A stretch of 64,000 nt of DNA, from positions 24,359 to 88,358 of IMG/VR virus record IMGVR_UViG_3300033984_000268; one strand, given 5' to 3'. The DNA comes from a virus. Lineage: Duplodnaviria; Caudoviricetes. The translations under genes were made by a program, and so were the position numbers. Positions 1-11,500 of the stretch are shown here, one piece after another. The notes beneath the pieces are model-generated. The model searched no databases. It saw only the letters and a list, made by a program, of their open reading frames with translations, and was not told where the DNA came from. The stretch's first letter is position 1. Each line of letters starts with the position of its first letter.

Positions 1-3000
1 TAATCTATTAACAACAGGATTGTTTTTAATTTTGAAAAAATTCTTAAACATATTAATAACCAAATTGGTATTGTTGTAAATACCAATTGGAGATGTTTCA
101 AATTTAGTCCACCATTCTGCAGGTATAGCTGAATGAACACTTTTTAATTTTGAAACGTCAGCAATATTTTTTTCAGCATCTGTTATATTGCTAATCTTTG
201 TCGTGTCGTATTTAGAAACTTGTGAAAACTTCGTTACATCTGCAGACAATTCTTCTAGTGCAACATATTGTGCAAAGATTTCAATGTCATCTTTGTTCAC
301 TGTAGAAGAACCGATTCGACCTTCAAGAAAGTTAGTTTCAAAAATAGAATTATTGGACGCTACATTGTTGATACCAAAAAAGGAATGCTTTTCGTATCCA
401 GCATCAAACAATTCTTTTTCATATTCTTTCTTTAAAATATCTAAAGCTTCTTCTCTAATTGCATCTGGTGATAAAGATTTACCGATTGGATTGTTTTCAT
501 TTAATTTTGAATACGTTCCTGATAATTCTTTTTTAATAGTATTATATCTAATCGTTAACGGATTAGAAGAAATATAAATTGCGTCATTAATTGGAACACC
601 TGCCATAACCATAAACAAAAGGTTCGGAGTATTCTCTTTATTACCTTGGATGTTAAACACCCATGCATTTTTACCAACATCGACATAACCGTTAATCAAC
701 TGTGAAATAATATCTGCTGTTAATTTTCCATCTTTTGCATAACGAGAACCAACAGATATTCTTCCATCAATTTCATTGTGATTTAGTTTTAAGGTGTATG
801 CTTTAAAATTATTAATATTCTCTAAAGCTTTTGCTTTTCTAGCACCGTTTGATTTTGGATCGTTGTAAATTTTTATGTCATCATTAAATTTTTCGAGATC
901 TTCTGTTTTAGCTGTATTTAATCTTGAATCAAACGTACTAAACATTGCAAAGAATGTAGATACAACCGCAGCAATACCCAAAGACTCCATACCAACAGAG
1001 TTCTCTTGATGTTTTTGCAAATTGTACAAGTAATCCATTACTGTTGTACGCGAGATTGAATCAGATTTATCAGCATGTATTTTTTCAAGTTTGTCATATT
1101 TACCAGCAGTAATTTTTGTTTCTAAAGCATTCGCTATTGGTAATACATCTCTTGTTGTATTCGGTGTAACCAAATCAACAAAGTTATCTTTAGCTAAAAT
1201 CTTTCTATTAAATAAATCAACCAGTTTATTCTCAAGTCCTTTTACAGAATGACCAACCTTCTTACGTTCTAATTCAGCACCAATTTCTTTTTGAGCTGCT
1301 ATCTGTTTTTTAATTGATGCTTTTTGTTTTTTGAAATTTTCAAATTTCGCACTTAATTCTGTAGAAAGGGTTCCAACATATTGCAAAAATATTCCATCAC
1401 GCAATGTATTGATTGAATCTATTTGTGTACTGATTTTGTCATATTCCGCTTGAAGCAATTCTTTGTATTCATTTGCAGCAGCTTTTCCAAGTTTAGTACC
1501 AAGATAAATTCCTGTTTTTCTTAACTCGTCGTATTGCTCTTTATATTTTTTACGTTCAGGATATAATAAATCTAATGCAGGTTGATACAACTCTGCTTTT
1601 TCAAATGCAACAGTTTGATCTTTAAATAATTTTTCAGACTCATCGTAAACTGCAGATAACTCTTTTTCTAAAGGCGTAATGTTTGATTCATAAAAGTCAG
1701 TGTACTCTGCAGCATAACGATCATAAGCACCAGTATCTCTACCGTAGTAGTTATTCAATTCAGGTTTGCTATTGATAATAGAAATACTTGGATACAAGAA
1801 GAACATTTTATCAATATCGTAATCCGCTCCTGATTTAGCCACAATCTCTGATGGTAAAATTACTTTTGCACCAGAATATTCAGGTAAAAATTCAGCAACC
1901 GTAACCGAGTCTAAAGCATTAGGTCCTTGTGTTGGGATACGAGTTCCAGGAAAGTTTAACAGTGCTTTATGTTTTGCATTCCATTCAGGATCTTTAATCG
2001 ATTCATTTAATCTTTTTAAAGATGCATCGTAATCCATAACACCTTTTTTATTTAAAACACGAATAGATTTTTTATCTGGATGATCTGCATATAATAATTT
2101 TTTGAAATCACCTTGCAATGAAATTTTAACTTCCATTGCAAACGTCAATGAACCATCTTCATCACGACTTTCATAAAACTTTAATCCATTTGTTCCATTA
2201 GCGTCTGCTTCCATGTCTGAACTTTCATACATAGCACCAGACACTTGAACCAAAGCTTCACCATTAACTTTTATTTTACGAAGAGATGAATCAATTAAAG
2301 TAACCACAATTTCTTCGATCTTCTGACTGTTTAATGAATATGATAAATCATCAACTAATCTACCAGAAGCATCCGTTAAAAAAGAAACTTCATGCGGCAA
2401 ATAATCATTTTTAATCATTTCGCGCTTAATGTAATCTGCTAGTTTTGTACTATCTCCTTCATACGTTCCTGTAGCAGGATTGTATTGGTAGTCAATATTC
2501 TCAAGCAAATCTTCTTTTATGTGATCTCTGTACGTTGTTAATATGTCAGTGTACTCTTTATACCATCCATAATTTTTAGATGCAGCAAGGCGTTCTTTTT
2601 CAGTTTTAATAGCCTTCCATTTAGAAATTCTATTAGCATCATCTTTTAAATAATCCATTGGTACACCGTTATCAGCAATACCATGAAGAATCATTTTTTT
2701 CATTTGTGTTGGTAATACTACCTTTTCTTTGTACCCCTCATCAATAAACACTTGATTTTTTAAATGCTTAACTGAAATTATATTTGGAACAAATTGTAAT
2801 TCAGCGTCTATAGACCGATCTTTTTTATAAAACGTATCTGGTTTTTTAACAATTACTTTTTTACCATCAGCATTAGTTACTACATCTACACGTGATAATG
2901 TTGAAAGTTTAGAACCTGATTGCATAGTTGCATAATCAATTCCTTGTTCCATCATTGATTTGTGTAATCCTTCAAGTTTAGTTCCTGCAATTTCATTTGG

Positions 3001-6000
3001 AATCAAAGGAGCTAATGAATACTTATGAAAAGCAGTAAGTCCTAAATTCATTGATTTAAACTTATCTGTTGTACTTAACGGTCCGTAATATTGAAACTTT
3101 TTTACTGGAAACGTAGAACTCATATCAGTTTGTTCAATAGTTTCTCCTTTAACAATTTTTTTATAAAGTGCTTCTTGACCTGAAGACCATTCACCGCAAG
3201 AGATATTTAATAACCTGTATGTATCAAAAGTTATCCAACCTTGACCATCTGCTTCTTCCATATCGTTATATGTAGCAGCAGTTTCTTTACCAAGTTTTTT
3301 TTCAAGTTCTTCTAAATATGATGATGGCACTTTAGACTCATCTAAAATTGCAGTTTTTAAATCGCCAGTATATTGATAATCGCGCTCAATACCCAATTGT
3401 TTAGCGTAACCAAAATTGTTAAATTGTGCATTATTATTTACAAAGTTTTTAAATGATTCATCCGATGCAAATATTTTTCCAGTGGAAATCATACCAGCAT
3501 TACGTTTGTGGAAATCACCACCCTCAATATTGTATAACGCCAAGTCACCTAAAAACAATGATGTGTAATTAGTATTTTGGATAAAGTTATTTACAATGTG
3601 GGCTCTAAAAATTCTACGTTTTGTATCAGAAATTGATTCATCTTCTACAGTTGTACTTTTATATTTCTCAATTAATTCATCTGGAAATACTGTATCTGAT
3701 TTTAATTTATTTAATGTTTCAGCTTTTTTACTAAAGTATGACTTCAAATTAGATTCAATGTTTTTCTTTAATTTAGAACTAAATTGTTTTCTAATATTAA
3801 ATGATTGCAGTTCGTCTATAGAAAGAGAACGAGCTAGCTTCAACAATTCATTTTTAGTATCAACATCTAAAATATCATCAAACAAAAAGAAGCTTTTACC
3901 GCGTTCAAAATACTTAAAATCGATTGCAAAGTTTTCAGGATCAATTAAAATTTCCTGTTCTAATTTTTCTAATCGAACCATTCGAATTAACTCTGCTTCT
4001 AAATGACCAATCATTTCATTACTTAAAATAGAACCAGCGTAGCCATCTGTAAAAATAGCATCAATGTCTTGCGCATTTACAATCAATTCTTTGGTTTTAC
4101 CACCAACAATTGAATTGTTTCTCATTTGATTTGCAAGAACCGTTAATGAAGAAGATTTTGCTTCTGTTCTTGGTATCTCTTGAGCACCATCTAATGTTAA
4201 TAATACATCAGATAAAAATTTTGTTTTTTCATCAGAACCAATTGAAGATATACCTTTATCTTCAGATGTCATATCTATCAATCTACCATCTGAATCAACA
4301 CGTCTTACAGTGTGTATTAATTTGGAACCAGATAAATTCTCAACTGAAATTCTAATACCAGGGTTTCTTTTACCACGCACAGTTGGGTTAAAGTGATCTA
4401 ATTGAAACATATCAACAAACCATTTAGAACCAGCAACAGAAGGATTTTCTAAATAATTAAATTTAGACATCCCTTGCATTGCAATTAATTCATCATAATG
4501 ATTTGCTTTATTTAAAGCCTGTACCTCAACTGTAAGCGATGAGTTTAATACTTTTTCACTTGCCTTCTCGCCATACGCTGTCATCGACATAAACGATGTG
4601 CTATCGCTTGAATACATTGAGTGCAGTTTGATCAAACTATTTATAAATCCAGCTTTTCCAATTTCATCAATTCTCACACCATCTTCATAGTAATAAAAAT
4701 CTTTTGCTAAATCAGATAAACTTCTAATTGCTACACCATTAATTGCATCTTGTTTTTTTATAAGAAAGTCAACAAAATAAGCATATTCACGAGGTTCAAT
4801 TTTTAAATCAGCAGAACCTTCTTTTAGTATCTGTTTAACAATTGGATCATCCGAAATATTAATTCCAAATAATTTTAAAAACTCTACTGGTTCTGCGTAT
4901 GCTCTCAAGGTTGCTGTTGGTGAAAACTGTTTTTGATTTGTTTTAGATAATTTTTTATAATCATCTTTTGAAATAGAACTTCCGCTATCAACAGACGCAT
5001 GCACTTCTTTTAAAAACTTCGAATGATTTTTATTTTCAAAAAAAGATTTAAGGTTTAATGTATATGGTGAAAATTTATTTTCACCTTGTTCTTTACGTTC
5101 ACCAATAATTTCTAATAACGATGTGAAATTATCATTCCAATCATTTTTAATAAATGTTTCGGATGCTGCTGTTCTACCTGAATGCGAAGTTGTACGACTT
5201 TCTACAAAGTTTTCATCTTTTTCTTCATTCGTATATGTAACAGTTTTTTCAATAATTTGTTCTCGTAATAATACGTCCGCTTTATTAAGCGATTGCCAAA
5301 ATGCCAGCCATTGATTCTGTTCTTCAAAGGTTGAAGAAGGTGAACCAGGATTACCAAGTTTAGCAACAAGTTCTTTAATCTGAAAATCGGTAAGACTCGC
5401 AGCAACTAATTTTTGATACATGTCATCGCGATCTAATGTATTCGTTAACAACTTTGCAGTTTTAGCAAGCATCGTTTTAAATGGTGCAAGTTTTGCAAAA
5501 CCTAATGCATTAACTTCTAATGTACCTTTACCATTTTTAGAATAAGAACTGATGGTACTTAAAAGCTGTTTAGTTTGATCATCAACTAATTCTGAAATTG
5601 AAAATTCAGCACCAGTTCTTTCAAAAATAACACGTTCATCATCTTCATATTTTTCTTTTTCAGTATTGACATAACTATACTCATTAATAAACAAAGATGC
5701 CATGTCACCATAAGAGTCTTGTTTAGTTAAGATTGTATCAATAGCATCTAAATTTCCAAAGTTCTGAACAGCTTTATTCAAAGTATCAACCGCAAATTTT
5801 GCTGAAAGATTGTTTGGTTCATCCTCTAATGTTAATTTGTGAATTGCAACTTGTTGTTGTAATCTTTTTTTAACAAAGTCTAAACCCATTTGTGTTAAAA
5901 CAGGATTATTCTGAATTCTAAAAATACCATAGCCATTATATTTATCAACATAAGATTTTTTAAAATCAGCAACAATTGCTTGAGCTTCTTCGTATTCTAA

Positions 6001-8598
6001 TTTATTAGTAATAGGATTAATTGAAGCTAAATGAGTCATAGCAAATATACCATTTTGCGAATTCTCATCTGTATTATCCATAGCATTAACACCTTCGGTA
6101 ACAAATTCAGTAAACAATGCCTGCATTGAGTCCATTACTAAATGTGTTTCTTCTAATGAAAAATTAAGTTCTTTTTGTAATTCAGCTGATTGATATACAG
6201 CATGTGAATCTCTACTGCTAAATTTAGAAACATCAATGTTACCTTCATACAAGTTATTAAACATTGCATTCGTTACACCTTGAACACGATTTAATGCTAT
6301 TGCATCAGATAGACGCATGTTACCAAACAACCCTTTTAAAAGATTAGATATTTTTTCAAAGAATTGTGATACTCTTGCTGAAAGTTTATTTGAATACTTT
6401 CCTTTTGACATAGCAAACTTACGGAACTCTTCAGCCAAATATTCTTCAAGTTCTAATTCATTTGCATTTGCAAAAGCAAGTCTTTTTTCAACACCTTTAA
6501 CTGTTACATCAAAGTATCCAGGTTTGTTTTTTAATTCAGCATACATGTCATTTCTTTCTACCGCAGTAAGTATTCCCATACTATATGCGTGAAATGATTC
6601 GTGGTATAAATCTGTTTTGCTAGAACCCAAATACATATTAATTGAATTACCCACAAACTCTGCTAAAAAGTTTGGACCAAATTCATGAATTTCGTCTGAA
6701 AAATTTACTTTCAGTACACGCAATAATGGATTAGTTTTCATCCATGCATCTGCACGCAATTCTTGTGCTTCAGAAACAGATTCTCTATTTTGAGATGCAA
6801 GTGATTGAAATAAACTTTTTCCTTTATAACTTTCTTTTACAGTATCAAGAACATCTATATTAGCTACAACGTCTTCAACCTGTTCAGTGAATGAAAGGTA
6901 TGGATCAGACGCTTTAAGTTCATTCTGATTGTTTAAATTATATACAGTCGAACCAATTTCAATAGCATTTTCTAATACCGTAGTAAGTTTTGTTTTAATT
7001 ACACCATCTTCAATACCAGTTATAACATGTATTAAACTATCAGGTGTTGATGATGGTTTTAAAACAAAATTTACAACAGGTGATTTTGAAATATAAAGTT
7101 GACCGTTATTGTAATATAATTGTTCAGATGCAGTTGTTTGTTCCAAAGAATCAAAAATCTTTACGTCAGATATATCTCCTTTTTTTGCATAAGGAACTCC
7201 AGTTTTTGTATAAACAAAAGTTCGCAATGCTTCTTTAATATCAGAAAAATTTTCTTCTTTTATTTCAAATAAAACATTTTGAATATAGACATGAGGTAAA
7301 GACTTTTTACCACCTTCTGGTGTAAAGAATTCAGTATATACTTGTTCTTTTGAACGCTGCACCAAACTTGTTAAAAGTTCATTTCTTTTTACTGTAGATT
7401 CAGCCCATACTTTATCATCTTCATTTTCTTTTGTTGTTGTAACAGTTGGTTTAAGATTTACAATTAACTCATATATTGCATCAAACTGCTCATTGGATAT
7501 TTCACTTAAAAGTTTACTATGAATTCTAATTGGTTTGTTAGAACCCTCTGCATTCATTTGTAACCAATAAGCTTTATCTTTTTTACCAATAGAGAATTTT
7601 AATTTAGCCAAGTTTGCTATGGACTTTAATGAATTTCTTTTATTAAGGTTATATACCATAACCCCATGATCACTATTCTTGTAATCAATATCTAAAAGAA
7701 TTGTTTTACCATCTGTAATTCTTTGTTTGATTCGCTCAATTGATTTTAAATAATTGTCAATTTTAGTTTCAATGATACGAGTGGCTTCCTCTATAGGAAC
7801 AGCGTTATTTTCTGCATAGATTGCAGGCAGTTGTTCCGATTGTCTTTGGAATTGATGTTTCTCTGTTTTAATTTTCATTACAGGAGAACTTCCTGTTTCA
7901 GAAACATTTCCAGCTTGATTGAATTTTACAATATTTCCTTTTGCATCAGTAAACAATAAAACTACAGCGCCATCTTTTATTTTAGAATATTCAGAAACAA
8001 CATCTGTTTTTGATAAAACATCCTGGCTTTTAAACGCTCTTAATTTTAAATCTGATGTTGGTGAATTTAAAATAGATAGTTGAACACTTTGTCTGAATTG
8101 AGAAATTCTTTTTTGTTCTGGTGTAGATGGAACATCTGATAACTCTAAATTTAAGTTATAGGTTTTGTTGAACTCTGAAGACATTGCATCAAATCCTTCA
8201 TGTATATTAACAACCGGAGGAAGTTGGTTAACCCCTCCGACCATTTTACCAAGTTGGTTAATGATGTTTGGAAACTCTCCATTTTCATTAACACTAGCTT
8301 CAATGATTCCATCACGTAATGCTTTAATGTTAAGAAATAAATTTTCATTTTTTTTAGTCATTGGCGCATTCATGTGCGCATATAACATTTCAGGTGCAAT
8401 CGTTAAATGCTGTAACACAATCTCTCTAGTCTTTTCTTTTGAAAAACCTAACTGTGGTTCAAAGTCAGACAACGCTTTGTTAAAAAGCATTGTCATCATT
8501 TGTTTTGCAGTAACATTTCCATCATAAAAACTTGGAATCTCTTTCTTAAAATAAGCAGCAAAAAGATTAATTGAATTCGGAGTAATACAAATATTCAT
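1..8598 (-). CDS. Giant virion-packaged DNA-dependent RNA polymerase (crAss-like), with N-terminal zincin-like domain; 3' end outside the window (>2866 aa)
   Basis: Not in the ORF track, consistent with having no stop in the window. Manual translation from ATG at 8598 gives MNICITPNSINLF. In-frame motifs: RIPTQG (~1925-1942), SGADYDIDKM (DYDID at 1810-1824), EADGQGWITFD (~3230-3257), HESFH (6589-6603) followed by EEYLAEEFR. These match the crAss-like/phi14:2 gp66-type RNAP pattern. Confidence 0.9.
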   Translation of the reverse strand, partial: MNICITPNSINLFAAYFKKEIPSFYDGNVTAKQMMTMLFNKALSDFEPQLGFSKEKTREIVLQHLTIAPEMLYAHMNAPMTKKNENLFLNIKALRDGIIEASVNENGEFPNIINQLGKMVGGVNQLPPVVNIHEGFDAMSSEFNKTYNLNLELSDVPSTPEQKRISQFRQSVQLSILNSPTSDLKLRAFKSQDVLSKTDVVSEYSKIKDGAVVLLFTDAKGNIVKFNQAGNVSETGSSPVMKIKTEKHQFQRQSEQLPAIYAENNAVPIEEATRIIETKIDNYLKSIERIKQRITDGKTILLDIDYKNSDHGVMVYNLNKRNSLKSIANLAKLKFSIGKKDKAYWLQMNAEGSNKPIRIHSKLLSEISNEQFDAIYELIVNLKPTVTTTKENEDDKVWAESTVKRNELLTSLVQRSKEQVYTEFFTPEGGKKSLPHVYIQNVLFEIKEENFSDIKEALRTFVYTKTGVPYAKKGDISDVKIFDSLEQTTASEQLYYNNGQLYISKSPVVNFVLKPSSTPDSLIHVITGIEDGVIKTKLTTVLENAIEIGSTVYNLNNQNELKASDPYLSFTEQVEDVVANIDVLDTVKESYKGKSLFQSLASQNRESVSEAQELRADAWMKTNPLLRVLKVNFSDEIHEFGPNFLAEFVGNSINMYLGSSKTDLYHESFHAYSMGILTAVERNDMYAELKNKPGYFDVTVKGVEKRLAFANANELELEEYLAEEFRKFAMSKGKYSNKLSARVSQFFEKISNLLKGLFGNMRLSDAIALNRVQGVTNAMFNNLYEGNIDVSKFSSRDSHAVYQSAELQKELNFSLEETHLVMDSMQALFTEFVTEGVNAMDNTDENSQNGIFAMTHLASINPITNKLEYEEAQAIVADFKKSYVDKYNGYGIFRIQNNPVLTQMGLDFVKKRLQQQVAIHKLTLEDEPNNLSAKFAVDTLNKAVQNFGNLDAIDTILTKQDSYGDMASLFINEYSYVNTEKEKYEDDERVIFERTGAEFSISELVDDQTKQLLSTISSYSKNGKGTLEVNALGFAKLAPFKTMLAKTAKLLTNTLDRDDMYQKLVAASLTDFQIKELVAKLGNPGSPSSTFEEQNQWLAFWQSLNKADVLLREQIIEKTVTYTNEEKDENFVESRTTSHSGRTAASETFIKNDWNDNFTSLLEIIGERKEQGENKFSPYTLNLKSFFENKNHSKFLKEVHASVDSGSSISKDDYKKLSKTNQKQFSPTATLRAYAEPVEFLKLFGINISDDPIVKQILKEGSADLKIEPREYAYFVDFLIKKQDAINGVAIRSLSDLAKDFYYYEDGVRIDEIGKAGFINSLIKLHSMYSSDSTSFMSMTAYGEKASEKVLNSSLTVEVQALNKANHYDELIAMQGMSKFNYLENPSVAGSKWFVDMFQLDHFNPTVRGKRNPGIRISVENLSGSKLIHTVRRVDSDGRLIDMTSEDKGISSIGSDEKTKFLSDVLLTLDGAQEIPRTEAKSSSLTVLANQMRNNSIVGGKTKELIVNAQDIDAIFTDGYAGSILSNEMIGHLEAELIRMVRLEKLEQEILIDPENFAIDFKYFERGKSFFLFDDILDVDTKNELLKLARSLSIDELQSFNIRKQFSSKLKKNIESNLKSYFSKKAETLNKLKSDTVFPDELIEKYKSTTVEDESISDTKRRIFRAHIVNNFIQNTNYTSLFLGDLALYNIEGGDFHKRNAGMISTGKIFASDESFKNFVNNNAQFNNFGYAKQLGIERDYQYTGDLKTAILDESKVPSSYLEELEKKLGKETAATYNDMEEADGQGWITFDTYRLLNISCGEWSSGQEALYKKIVKGETIEQTDMSSTFPVKKFQYYGPLSTTDKFKSMNLGLTAFHKYSLAPLIPNEIAGTKLEGLHKSMMEQGIDYATMQSGSKLSTLSRVDVVTNADGKKVIVKKPDTFYKKDRSIDAELQFVPNIISVKHLKNQVFIDEGYKEKVVLPTQMKKMILHGIADNGVPMDYLKDDANRISKWKAIKTEKERLAASKNYGWYKEYTDILTTYRDHIKEDLLENIDYQYNPATGTYEGDSTKLADYIKREMIKNDYLPHEVSFLTDASGRLVDDLSYSLNSQKIEEIVVTLIDSSLRKIKVNGEALVQVSGAMYESSDMEADANGTNGLKFYESRDEDGSLTFAMEVKISLQGDFKKLLYADHPDKKSIRVLNKKGVMDYDASLKRLNESIKDPEWNAKHKALLNFPGTRIPTQGPNALDSVTVAEFLPEYSGAKVILPSEIVAKSGADYDIDKMFFLYPSISIINSKPELNNYYGRDTGAYDRYAAEYTDFYESNITPLEKELSAVYDESEKLFKDQTVAFEKAELYQPALDLLYPERKKYKEQYDELRKTGIYLGTKLGKAAANEYKELLQAEYDKISTQIDSINTLRDGIFLQYVGTLSTELSAKFENFKKQKASIKKQIAAQKEIGAELERKKVGHSVKGLENKLVDLFNRKILAKDNFVDLVTPNTTRDVLPIANALETKITAGKYDKLEKIHADKSDSISRTTVMDYLYNLQKHQENSVGMESLGIAAVVSTFFAMFSTFDSRLNTAKTEDLEKFNDDIKIYNDPKSNGARKAKALENINNFKAYTLKLNHNEIDGRISVGSRYAKDGKLTADIISQLINGYVDVGKNAWVFNIQGNKENTPNLLFMVMAGVPINDAIYISSNPLTIRYNTIKKELSGTYSKLNENNPIGKSLSPDAIREEALDILKKEYEKELFDAGYEKHSFFGINNVASNNSIFETNFLEGRIGSSTVNKDDIEIFAQYVALEELSADVTKFSQVSKYDTTKISNITDAEKNIADVSKLKSVHSAIPAEWWTKFETSPIGIYNNTNLVINMFKNFFKIKNNPVVNRL

Positions 8599-8599
8599 A

Positions 8600-11500
8600 T
8601 TATTTACATTGAGTTTTTAAAGTTTCAATAATGGAATCTTCCACAAAAAGATCAGCCGCTACTGATGTGTCAAAGTTACTAAAAACATTTTGAAGCGCAT
8701 CTTTAATAATCTTTCCTTTTTTAGTCGAAGGTTTTGTTTCAAATGATTCCTTTTTTACAGGAACCTCTTCCGCAACCACATCCTTTATATTACTCAAAAA
8801 ATTCAATATATCCAAGTTTTCAAGGTTCGAAGTTTCAACATTAAACACAGAAATTGTATTTTTTGTAGCAGACATTATCTTGTAACGCGCGCCATCTTTC
8901 ATTAATACATCCTCTTTTGAAATTTCATTTGTATAAAATCCTTTTGATAATTTATCATCTACAAGAATGCTTTCAATTGTTGCAATTTGTTTATCAGAAA
9001 ATTTAGAACTTTGTTGTGAAACATATTGATAAACACCAACAGCATAAGCTAAAGATGTAGCCATAGGCCCATTTTTAATTTTAGAAACAAACTCCTTTTG
9101 CAATGGATGTGTTTCGTATGCTTTTTGTGGTTCTTCTTTTACATTTTCTTTAATGAATGCATTAACTAAAACATTTAATTCTTGTTCAACTTTATCTTGC
9201 TCTGTTTTTTCTGCAAGACCTTCCATGAATAAATCACGTTTAGGTTCTTTCTTTGGAGCTTCTTCTTTTTCATACAACCCTTCTGCAACAGCACGATTAT
9301 AAATTATACGTTCTGTTTCAGTTAAGTCTTCTATAGGACCAGTGTAACTACCAGTTTCAATAGTAAACAATTTAGAGTTATAGTATTCTTCCAAATATTT
9401 AAACTCATCCTCAATCATTTTTTGACCTTCTTCTGTAGAAAAGAAATCAATTTCTTCTGGCGTTCTTGGTTCCTCTTCAGTTGACAATACATCTTTCTCT
9501 TCAGTAACAAGTTTGTTTTCAATAATCTTGTTTTCTTTTTTGACTGATGGTAACGCTACAGTTCCTTTCAGTTGTGCTTTTGTACCATGCTCAATCGAAT
9601 ATATTGTACCAATTGGTTTATAACCTTTCTTATTGATTATACGAATACGATATGGATTCTTAACCTCAAGTAATTTTTTGTTTATTTCCGTAGCAATTAC
9701 AGGAACCAACATTCCTTTTCGTTCCAGTTTGAAAAACAAATCAACCAGTTCTTTTGTAGCCAATACTTCATTTTCGCTGAATTTTATATTATCGCTAATA
9801 CGTTTCTTTTCAGCAGTAACCTCACGTTTAAAATCACGCACAGATTTTGCAAAAGCTTCAGCTTCTTGTTTAAAAATCTTTGGATGGTAAATACTAATGA
9901 ATCGACCAAGGGCTTTTCCGATTTTAACGGATACCGTTTTAAGTTTTCCTTTTGCATCTTCTTCCTGGAACTCTAATGTACCAGCAGTTAATGTATCCAA
10001 GTTTGTTGATGTACTTGTAGCTCTTTTCTTTTTACGATCTTTTTTACGTTGGAACTCTTCTTCAGCGTCCAACAGTTCCATAAATTCAGCTTCGTAACGT
10101 GCTTGTGCTTCATCATCAAGTTTTTGTTGTGCTTCCAATTCCACTAGCATTTTCTTTTCAAAAATGAAATGAATTATTCCAGGAACATCTAATGCACGCT
10201 CTTTAAAAGCTTTAATCAAATCTTTACGTTCAGAATCTGTAAGAATTGATGTGTCGATTGTTAATCCAGATTTAGTTAACAAGTGATCCATTAACTCATC
10301 GTCAGACAATACATCTTTTACAGGTTTATCTTTACGTTCTTTACGTTCAGCTTCTACACGTGCAGCATTATCTTTTTGAGCTTGAGTTACAGCTTTTGCA
10401 TTTTGATTGTATTCTACAATAGCATCAATAAAGTCTTTGTGACCATCTTTGATGTATCGATTAATTACATTCATTTCCGACTCTGTTATGTTACCATGCG
10501 ATTTTCCAAACACGTTTGCCATAGCATATTGTAGCGTCAATGGAAATTGTTGATATGGTACGTTTTGATCATATATCAATGAACCATCTGCATTGTAATT
10601 AAAGTCATCTTCACTATATTCGATTGGTTCTAAAGAAGAATCTACAGGAGTATCTGTTACAACATTTGTAGTAGGAGAAACACTAACAGGTAATGCATCT
10701 AATTCTTGTTGTAATTGCTTTCTTTCGATAAGCAGTTTAGTACGTTCGGAGTTAAGCGATGTAATCTCACGACTCTTCGTTATAGTACCACTAGACAACT
10801 TACCAGCTATGTTATTAACCATAGCATCAATATTTCTAATTCGGTTCTGCAAATCAGCTCTTTCTTCAGTAGTATCATTTACTTCTTCAAAAGGCGTTTC
10901 AGTTTCCGTTTCTTCAGTTTCTTCAGTTTCCGTAGTAGGTGCAATGAAATCAGAAATAATCTCAACCGCATCAGGTTTAATGTTAGCATCGGACCAAAAT
11001 TCAAATTGAGTTCGGTCTTTTACTATCATCGTTGCTAACTCATCTACCGTTGTTAAAAAATCAAGTTCATCAACAAAAGCCACTTGTTGATTACCCATCA
11101 TCTTTTTAAACATTCTTTGAAAGAACTCTTTAAGTTTTTGTAAGAAATTACGATTAAGTTTTTGATTTATAACTCTACCAGCTGCAATATCAAACGCTCT
11201 TGCAACTAACTCATGGTGATATTGTCTTGTTCCAAGTTCTTGTTCTGTACCATATACTTGAATTACATATTCACGAATAGAATCATCACTAATAGCATTT
11301 GCTACTAACTGACCATATAAGTCAACATTATTCCTTTCAGCATCAACAAGGAATGGATGCAAGAACATCTCATGCAACATGGTTGTTTCATTCACATTAT
11401 CAGCAACGATGTATGCAGTATTAGTGTTTTCATCATAGAAACCAGCAGTATTAGCATCATCTAATTGAAAGAATATGTTTGAAACAGCTTCTATACCATC

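Noticed and set aside
1-8599. Apparent 8.6-kb gene-poor region in the ORF track
   Set aside because: It is one minus-strand ORF (vRNAP) whose stop lies outside the window.
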